Below are positions 54,894-64,000 of a DNA stretch of 64,000 nucleotides, piece by piece. Source of the DNA: Octopus vulgaris (Eukaryota); assembly GCA_951406725.2 (NCBI GenBank), contig OX597821.1:26722001-26786000 (forward strand). Direction: 5' to 3'. A program made the translations under genes and the position numbers. Within the stretch, counting starts at the first letter, position 1, and every line of letters begins with the position of its first letter. The notes under the pieces were generated by a model. That model ran no database searches, was not told the origin of the DNA, and saw nothing but the letters and a program-made list of their open reading frames with translations.

Positions 54894-55132
54894 ATGTGTG
54901 TATGTATGTATGTATGTATGTATGTATGTATGTATGTATGTATGTATGTATGTATGTATGTATGTATGTATGTATGTATGTATGTATGTATGTATGTATG
55001 TATGTATGTATGTATGTATGTATGTATGTCTGTCTGTCTGTCTGTATGTATGTATGTATGTATGTATATATCTATTTATCTATCTGTGTGTGTATGTGTA
55101 CGTGTGTGTGTGTGTGAGTACTTATGTATGTA
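54894..55132. repeat. (TATG)n compound microsatellite
   Basis: Visible directly. Confidence 0.97.
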
Positions 55133-56759
55133 TTTGACAGCTAACCCAATTGGAGAAATAGACTGGTTATGTTTTATGTCGTCGAGCAATATATTACTGG
55201 TTATGACATATAGCTGGTCAGAATGTTACCGTCGGTTTCACGACGATTATCACACTTAGTAAGGCAGCATATCTAATGGATCGCCAATATTGCCAAGTAT
55301 AATAATCGTCACGAAACCACCTGTAATATTTTGATAAGGTATTTGCCATAACCACCAATATACTTCCCCGTAAGATACACACAAACACACACATACACAC
55401 ACACACATTTATATACACCAAATTTTGTACTTTCATTGATGTACGAAATAATTGTAAAAAAAACATTGAAAATCATTTCAACATCGGCCATTACACTGAT
55501 TTTACATTTCGCTGATGTTATGTATATGCCAAGGGACATATTAGACGTCCAGGTATCTTAAAATATGCTGTAAATAACTTATAAGATACCTTTAGTCATT
55601 TAATTAGTATTTCTATCCATTCTCATCATCGACTGAACTCACTCTGCAAGAAAACTATCCTTGGAAAATTTTGTTAAAGTGGGTGTCTAAAATATAGTAA
55701 TAAAAGGGCTCATGACACCTTTAATGTGTTCATAATTGGCAGTTAACTTCTCTGGAACTTCAATACCTTCTCTGACATGTATGTGATTTCAGCGGAATCC
55801 TATCAAAATTATTGGCACTTAACACGCCAAACGAAACAATTAGGTCACTTGCTTCCTATTTTATCGATGCTAAAATCACTCATTAATTCACTTGTCAGGT
55901 TTCTATTAATTATAGGGAGTAATTTCATTGCTTGGACAGCCACTTCTTTAAACTTAACTCAATATTAATCCAGACTGCTGCCTGTAAATCACAGATTTAC
56001 ATGGCAAATAGTACATGCTCTGAACGCCTTTTTTTCCCTGTCTTTAGATCACTCGAAATCAATAATCAAAATCTCTGACATTAAAATGAAATATAAATGA
56101 AGTATATTACTCTAGTAAATGCATACTGTGAAACATTACAGCGATTTTGATTCCAATTTATTGGATTCAGTTTCAATTTTAAATGGTTTAAACGAATTTG
56201 ACTTGTTGCTTATAACATTAAGTTCAACATTACCTCGATTTTGTTGTGGGATTTTGGTTGTTGTGAGCTGCACTTACCGAATAAATGCTCCGAATTTCTA
56301 CATATCTCAAATGCTATACGTTTTGTATTATTTACTTGTTAACGAAAATTTAATATAATTATATTCATTTATAACGCCACTCTCACTTGTGCATGAAGTC
56401 TGACTACCAATACAAATGAAACAAATGCGTATTGTAAATTAGATTGATTAGAAAGCGGGAACAGCTATCATACTAGAAACATATGTATAATCGCATTTTT
56501 AGAATTTCTGTCGGAGGATTGTTTTAATCGTTTCCACATCACTCTTAATATACACAAAATGTTCTTCAAATATATTTTTTCTCGTGCATTATTTTCTATT
56601 ATTAGCCAAGATGCACGATAATAAATACAAGGTTTTCGTAAAGGGTCATAGTTTCAAAAAAGATATTTTCGTGTAGAACATGTGTCATCACCATCATAAT
56701 AATCAACTGTTTCCCCAGAGAAACTACAACCGAATTTGGTGGTCGGGCCGTGATGACTA

Positions 56760-57075
56760 GCTAGCTGCACAAGGGAGAAGCCTCCGGAGCTTGATTGTCT
56801 GCTCTTGGAACATTATCTTCATTTGTCAGACATTTTCGGTGATCTCTTCGTTGATTTCTACAGCAACTAGCAAAAGAATGCGGGAATGCCCAGCCCTACG
56901 AGACGTAACATGGTGGTACTGCTGAGAAAGGAACCGAAGATTGAGAGCCACATCACTAAATTTCATTTTAGTAACTTTTATCAAAACGCTGAACGACCGT
57001 TGTTAAAGAAGGCAAAATATTGTCCCTTGCGGGGCAAAATAACTGTGGGACACTTGTCAAAAGATTCCTGGTGCT
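56760..57075 (+). mobile_element. Tx1-like LINE ORF2 fragment
   Basis: SCTREKPPELDCL...DIFGDL...MVVLLRKEPK is paralogous to SCTREKSPGLDGL...DLFRELL near 8800-8880. Confidence 0.75.
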
Positions 57076-57178
57076 CTTAATAACAAATTATAACAAAAAT
57101 TCCACACACATAAAACGACACAAAACGAATAAAAATGAAGATTTTGAACAAAACTTAGGCAGAGTGCTAGGATAGCAA

Positions 57179-57220
<42 letters not shown>

Positions 57221-57774
57221 TAATATTTACCCCAGTGTCACTGTCACTTTCATGGCATGCACTACTCTCTCACTCAATAATGATGATGATGATAATAATA
57301 ATAATAATAATAATAATAGTTTCAAATTTTGCCACAAGGGAAGCAATTTTGGGGGAGGAAATGAGTCGATTACACCAACCCCAGTGTTCAACTGGTACTT
57401 ATTTTATCAAACCCGAAAGCATGAAAGGCTAAGTCGACCTAGGTAGAATTTGAACTCAGAAGGAAATGCCGCTAAGCATTTTACCCGGCATGCTAATGAT
57501 TCTGACAGCTCAAAGCATACCACCACCACCACCACCACCACCACCACCAACAACAACAACAATAATATTCATGGATTTTTTGTCACAAGTCTCAGTTATG
57601 CAGGAAAATGGGAACATGAAATGAAAAAAATTTTCAAAGATGTTGGCCATATTATCGTTTCAATAAGATATTGTATACATACGTGGATGAAAAAAAATGT
57701 AATTGAAGATTTAGATTAGTTATTAATTAGATTGCTAGATTCCAATAGCAATGATTTTTTTTTCGTTTTTGCAG

Positions 57775-57952
57775 GAGTGCAGGTTTTTATAGGAGTACGG
57801 ATACACGAATGAGATTTGTTCGCGTTGATGGACACCCCTCTTCTCACTACAGATATAAAATCGATTTCAGAGAAACTGAAATGGTTTCTCTTGAACCGAC
57901 AATAGAAACCAATTTCTGGTCACAGCAAGCCGGTGGCTTGCAAATCTACTGA
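57775..57952 (+). CDS. Candidate terminal coding exon of an unidentified host gene
   Basis: Strong acceptor TTTTTTTTTCGTTTTTGCAG|G; a single open frame from 57776 gives SAGFYRSTDTRMRFVRVDGHPSSHYRYKIDFRETEMVSLEPTIETNFWSQQAGGLQIY*; followed by repeat-poor UTR-like DNA with AATAAA at 58434. Confidence 0.5.
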
Positions 57953-58849
57953 TGTGATATCTGAAATTATTTAGATGAAAAGAAATAGGAAGTTATGGTG
58001 CTGATACATTGCTTCATGTTAGCAACTAACTTCAAAAATTAATTTCTTTCAATTCATTGGGAAGTTATCAATTGTCATACACCGAAGTCGATTATATTCC
58101 TTCTTTGCATCATTTATCTAACCCTAAGGAAGAAACCAACATTATTTACAGCGTTAAAGACAAGCTTTGTTCTGAATCGAATATGTGACTAAATTTCCCA
58201 TTCAAGTAATTTCGCTTAACAGATGCTGAAAAATATCATGAGAATATAACAAATGGTACAAATACCCAATTTCCCTTTTCTTCCAAAATATGCGTCCTTT
58301 GTTCCTTCTTAAAAGAAACTAATATTTAACCAGCCCTTTTTTTCTCTTTCAGTAGCACTGCGATTCTTAGAAGAACATATTCTAAAAAATGCTTTCCACA
58401 AACAACAGAAATGGACATGTGAAAGAAAAAAGGAATAAAACTATTCCAAACCAATGCAAGGTCACTCCCAGGATTCCTTTATCCATGCTTATATGCATAT
58501 AATTAATCTGAGAATGACATTCCATAACCTGTAAGATTCCTTCACGTTTAAATATTTTTTCTTTCTGTGCGTTTTCTAATATTTCCATGCTTGAATATGA
58601 ACGTTCAATCAAACACAGACTTCAGGTTACAGTATAATGTATTAATAACATACGTCTATAACTTTCTGTGTTTAGAATTCCGTCGACTTTTAATCAAATG
58701 TCCATCCTGAAATTGCCAATGTGTAGGTCATATTATTGAATAGAGCTTACACGTGTTTAATTTAAACATTAACAATCCCTCACCCTTTCACATTTGCTTT
58801 TCGCATATTGCTGCCAAAAGGTTTTCTTTTAAATATTTATATTGATTTC

Positions 58850-58897
<48 letters not shown>

Positions 58898-59879
58898 GAG
58901 AAAGAGAGAGAGAGTGGGTGAGATAGAAAATAAGAAAATAATTCCATTAAAAACCTAGAATATAAGAAAATTCCTGAGGCAATATAATTCCTGAAATGGT
59001 TGATTACATTTTAATTTCGTTGAAAACAAGATTATAAGAAAGTAAGCAAAGCATCCAAAAACAAATTTAAACAATGAAACAGTCAGTTACATTATAGAGA
59101 CCGATGATTCCATGTGGAAACATAATACCAATGTATCCGTAATAAACTTTGGGATCATACGTGTCATGTTTGATGGCATTTTCAGCAAAATTCAACAAGG
59201 GATAATGCTTTCACTTTCGTTACCGACTCTCCCACACTCCCCATCTCTCTTACATGCTCTTCTCCTCGACTTTCTTTCCCTCTTTCTCTTTCTTTACCTG
59301 CTGTATGTTTCACATGTGTGTATGAATAGATATTCGTTTTTATATGCACACACTTTGATACGGATAACAATAAATATATATAAAATATTAATAACAGCAG
59401 CAACACGAACAACAAAAATAATAATAAATATGATGCATGAAATATCTTCAAAAAACCTTTACACACTGCTGATCAAAACAACGGTAGCACACTAATAGGA
59501 AACTTGTTTTAACCAATAAACTCGGGGATAATAACCATGAGCGTAATAACAACAACTAATTTATATTTACAATAGTAAGTGTAAGATATTTTCATTATAT
59601 GTAAAATACTTGACTATAGAGGAAGATAAAGAATAAAAAAATCATTCCATTAAGATTAGATGCAAACGTGGCTGTGTGGTTAAGAAGCTGTCTTTGCTAC
59701 CACGTAGTTTCGAATTTGCTCCATTTGCTCAGAACGCACGTCAAGTTATACCATATTTTTAGGTCGATGAATTTCTTCTGAGTGGAATTCGTTAGACGGG
59801 TAACATACTGAAGCAGGTCATATATATATTGGTTTTAATTTTAAACTGAAAACACATATTTTATATAAAATATCTATTT

Positions 59880-60430
59880 CAAATTTTGGCACAAGGCCAG
59901 CAAGTTAGGAGACGGGTTAAGTCGATTACATCCGCCTCAGTGCTCGACTAGTAGACTTTTTTTATTGACCCCGAAGGATGAAAGGCAAAGTCAACATTGT
60001 TAGAATTTGTACTGAGAACGTGAAGACGGACGAAATGCCGCTAAGCATTTCCTCGGCGTGCTAACGATTCTTCCAGCTCGATCAAAGTAATACATCAATC
60101 CCAGTGCTTAGGAAACGTCGACCGCGGCAGAATATGAACTCAGAACCTGAAGACAGACGAAGTACCGCTAAGCATTTTGCCTGGCATGCTAACAATTCTG
60201 CCAGCTCGACGCGTTATATGTTTTTTTTACACAAAATATTGATTTCAGATTTTGATACAAGGCCAGCGAGTGGAGGAGACGGGGCAGGCCGATTACTTCC
60301 ACCCCAGTAACCAACTGGTACCCTTTTTTCGACATCCAAATGATGAAAGGCAAAGTCGACAGCAGTGGAATTTCAACTCAGAATCATCTGAAGACGGACT
60401 AAATGCCGCTTAGCATTCTGCCAGCTCGCC
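59880..60430 (-). mobile_element. Cluster of three decayed family A-related SINE pieces
   Basis: Repeated AAGGCAAAGTC.AC / GACGAAATGCCGCTAAGCATT / GCCAGCTCG blocks. Confidence 0.8.
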
Positions 60431-60444
60431 TTATTTTTTTCATT

Positions 60445-60816
60445 CTTTTACTTCTTTCAGTCATTTGACAGCAGCCATACTGGAGCACAGGTTTAAATGG
60501 TTTTAGTCAAATAAATTGACCCCAAGACTTATTTTTATAAAGCCTAGTACTTATATTCTATCGGTCTCTTTTCCGGTCCGCTAAATTACGGACACGGGCA
60601 CGTAAACACACCAACACCGGTTGTCAAGTGGTGATGAGGGGACAAACATACACACACATGTATATACCACTTGCTTCTTTCTGTTTCCGCCTTCGAAATA
60701 CTCACACAAGGCTTTGGTTAGCCCAAGACACTTGTCCAAGGCGCAAGGCAGTGGTACTGAACCAAGAACCATGTGGTTGTGAAGCAAGCTTCTTACCACG
60801 TAGCCACGCCTGCGCC
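60445..60816 (-). mobile_element. SINE family B, diverged
   Basis: Head GGCGCAGGCGTGGCTACGTGGTAAG on the minus strand; family B tail. Confidence 0.85.
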
Positions 60817-61559
60817 TAAATATATATAAGGTATTTCGGCATAAAGACGCCGTTTAGAATTAACTGCATCGATGTAATTCCTGATTAGTTTGCTGCATGA
60901 AATGTAGCCAACCAGTAAAGAGTTAGTTTGAGAGCTACAACCAAACGACGCTATTGTTCACAATATACTATATAAAATAAACAACAAAATAAATTCTACC
61001 TCTTTAAAACAATTTATTTTGCATATACGAACTTATGCCGTACTACTTGTTGTCTAACTCAAGAGGTCTTATAATGAAAGCATCCTCCTCCTCATCACAC
61101 ACACATAGGTAAAATAGAAGTTGAAAAGGCACTGAGAATAGTTGAAATAATCTTTAACATATTTGAAGTTTTAACTGGTTTCACAGTTTACACTGATTTT
61201 CACAAAGTTAAAATACAATCACGTGGCTTATGTCGCAGCTGTCAGTGTTTGAAGCTTGCCCTGTTTTTATAGTGAGTTCATGTCTCAAATTAGAATAAGT
61301 TTTGAATAAGATTTGATTGGTAGAGGATAGTCACATGACTTGGTCTTAGAAATTTTTGTAGGTTCCCCGCCATGCTTGTGTGTTATTTAAAAAGTGACAA
61401 TGTTTGGCGTCGTACGCTAAGGCTGACACGGTTCACTGAAAAAGTCCAAACAATCAAAGCTCTGAATGTTTTCTGCCAAGTGTTTGCAAAGAATGAACAC
61501 TTAAGTTTATATCTTTTTGTACGTTTCCCGCTACGTCCGTGCGTTAGTGTCATGTGACG

Positions 61560-61790
61560 GTATATTTTGCGCCTAAAAAGAAGGCCGATATGGTTGAGTG
61601 AACATTTTATTTATATTCAAGACAGTCCAAATTTAATCTGTCTGGTGAGAGAGTGGATAAGAGTCGTTTGTATGTTGTTCAAAGGTTAAAATTTAGGTTG
61701 TTAACTGTGTAGCTTCCTCATGATAAGTGGCAGAATAAATTTTGTGCTCAACTATCGTGGGACGAAGCTCTCAATAATAGCACTTTCAAG
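61560..61790 (-). mobile_element. Possible PLE RT fragment, inverted relative to the adjacent GIY-YIG relic
   Basis: Weak motifs IIESFVP (DIESFYP-like) and TISAFFLGAK (TMGxFxGAE-like). Confidence 0.35.
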
Positions 61791-61844
61791 GAAAAGGTGT
61801 AATATGTAAACAGCAATCTTCGCACAATAAATAAAATACGTGAG

Positions 61845-62480
61845 AATAAGAAAAAGGAAAATTATGCGGTATAATCCGCCATCAACATACAAGTCTTCAC
61901 ACTACTAGCTAAATTGTTTTTCAAAATAGAGCAGAAATACTTCCACCCCAACCACAAGTATTACAATCTAATAAACTAAACAATGTAAAATTGTCAAACT
62001 CCTCAACAAACAACTTTGAAGAAATTGTATCCAACTTCAAGTACCAAAAATTGTTTAAAATTGAAAGCCTAAACCACATACACAATAACAATTGTACTTG
62101 TAGAACGTCTTCACCTGCTCTCTATATGGAAACAGTAATTACAAACATGACATGAACTACTACATCTACGTACATGAGATCTACAGCAAACTAGCTAAAT
62201 ATACGATAGAACCAACTCACACACACTTTTCGCAACCCAAACAAGAAAAACGTTACGTCACTACCAAATATGTGACGATTAAAATATAAGAAACTCCGTT
62301 TAGTGGAAAGTACTTTTTCACGCATAAGCATACCAAAGTAATAACGAACCCTGCCAAAATCGTACTATATATCCTATCACATTCTAACATTCATGGCCGA
62401 AATCTTACACCGGAACTCCGACCTAGTCTCTTCATGCAAGCACAAAATCTTGAAAAAACATTAAAACGCTTCTAACCAAT
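61845..62480 (+). mobile_element. Penelope-like element relic (linker and GIY-YIG endonuclease)
   Basis: RKRKIMRYNPP...YFHPNHKYYNLI...NNCTCR...HTFRNPNKKNVTSL...RNSDLVSSCKHK across frameshifts. Confidence 0.75.
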
Positions 62481-62692
62481 TATTCTTTCTAATGGTTAAA
62501 CTTGTTAATATCTCCTCACAAACTCCCCTTCATCCACCTACACTATTAACAATCCCCATAAAATAAAACAAAACACTCTTACATCTTTACACTTTTGCAC
62601 TAAACAAGTAAATTGGAAACTATGTAAAAGTTTCCCTACCTCCAACAAAAATTCTCACGAAAGGTTTTCTACACAAACTTATATACATATAC

Positions 62693-62733
<41 letters not shown>

Positions 62734-62933
62734 CAAACACATAAAATGTATACTTGTATGCAAGCAAACTGAAAGAACGATGCTGGCTTAGCTGGCCAAA
62801 TCTTCGAAGTCACTGTCAACAACATCCTTTTTTAAGACTAAGAAATTTGTTCTCCCAAAAAGTATAGCGTAGCGTATTACACTAATGTAGAAATGTTTTT
62901 ATTATACTTGAACATAAAAACAAAAATCAATAC

Positions 62934-62966
<33 letters not shown>

Positions 62967-63086
62967 TGTATGTATGTATGTATGTATGTATGTATGTATG
63001 TATGTATGTATGTATCTATCTATCTATCTATCTATCTATCTCTATCTATCTATCTCTATCTATCTCTGTCTCTCTCACTCTCTCTC

Positions 63087-63123
<37 letters not shown>

Positions 63124-63261
63124 AACACATAAATGTCGAGTGTGACAGTAATCTACACAAAATAAAGAAATTCTCCAACGCAAGAAGACTGCGTTCGTGG
63201 TTTCCTTTATTTTCTGTAGAATATTTATATAAATAAATGAAAGATTTTTCCTTCTCGAATC

Positions 63262-63490
63262 ATGCAAGGCTCATGCGGTCCGGTTTCCCGGTTTCAATGG
63301 CGTATATAATCCCCAACTTGATGGGACGCTGGTCCGTCGCAGGATTACTAATTTTCGCCAGTGAGTGGACTGGTGCAACATGAAGTGAAGTGTTTTGTTC
63401 AAGAACACAATGCAGCGCCCGGTCCAGGAATCGAAATCCCAATCTTACGATCATGAGTCCAACAACCAAACCACTAAACCACGCGCCTCC
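63262..63490 (-). mobile_element. SINE family D
   Basis: Reverse complement of the 24543-24795 family. Confidence 0.85.
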
Positions 63491-63495
63491 ACTGA

Positions 63496-63569
<74 letters not shown>

Positions 63570-63835
63570 ATAAAACGAGATTCTTTCAGTTTCCGTCTAC
63601 CAAATCCACTCACAAATGGCCCACAATGCCACACTCAGTGGGCCTGTACCCGGAACCATGTGGTTGGGATTTAATTTCTTGCCACACGGTCACACCCGTG
63701 CCTCCCTATATATACTTATATGTTTATACTCTATATACATGAGATCATACATAAACATATAAAGGCATATAAATATATATATTCATATGCATATATTTAT
63801 ATATATACATATATTTTATATTCATACATACATAC

Positions 63836-63888
<53 letters not shown>

Positions 63889-63896
63889 TTTATATT

Positions 63897-63948
<52 letters not shown>

Positions 63949-64000
63949 TTCGGAATGGTCATATTGCCAGTTTAGCCAATAAAAACACACGCACTATATA

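Overview
Eukaryotic, AT-rich, microsatellite-saturated genomic DNA. The tRNA-derived SINE families and repeat landscape point to an octopus or other coleoid cephalopod (inference, not a database match). Almost all ORF-track entries are artefacts of simple repeats or decayed transposons. The window holds: at least four tRNA-headed SINE families; decayed non-LTR retrotransposons (Tx1/L1-like, RTE, R4/Dong-like, CR1); Penelope-like (PLE) RT and GIY-YIG relics; mariner relics; Tc1/mariner-type MITEs; four copies of a ~430-bp MITE with GG-ended TIRs, exact 8-bp TSDs and an internal (TAACCC)n block; and several long inverted repeats, including a ~1.4-kb palindrome centred on (TA)n at 29760/29761. 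One plausible host terminal coding exon lies at 57775-57952 (+). The most interesting signal is a set of short elements, mostly lodged in (TA)n tracts, that carry minimal type I hammerhead-ribozyme folds. One has a fully canonical core (35588-35653), one has a compensatory G3-C8 core swap (13216-13265) and several have a CCGANGA core. All folds, alignments and translations were done by eye; no searches were run.
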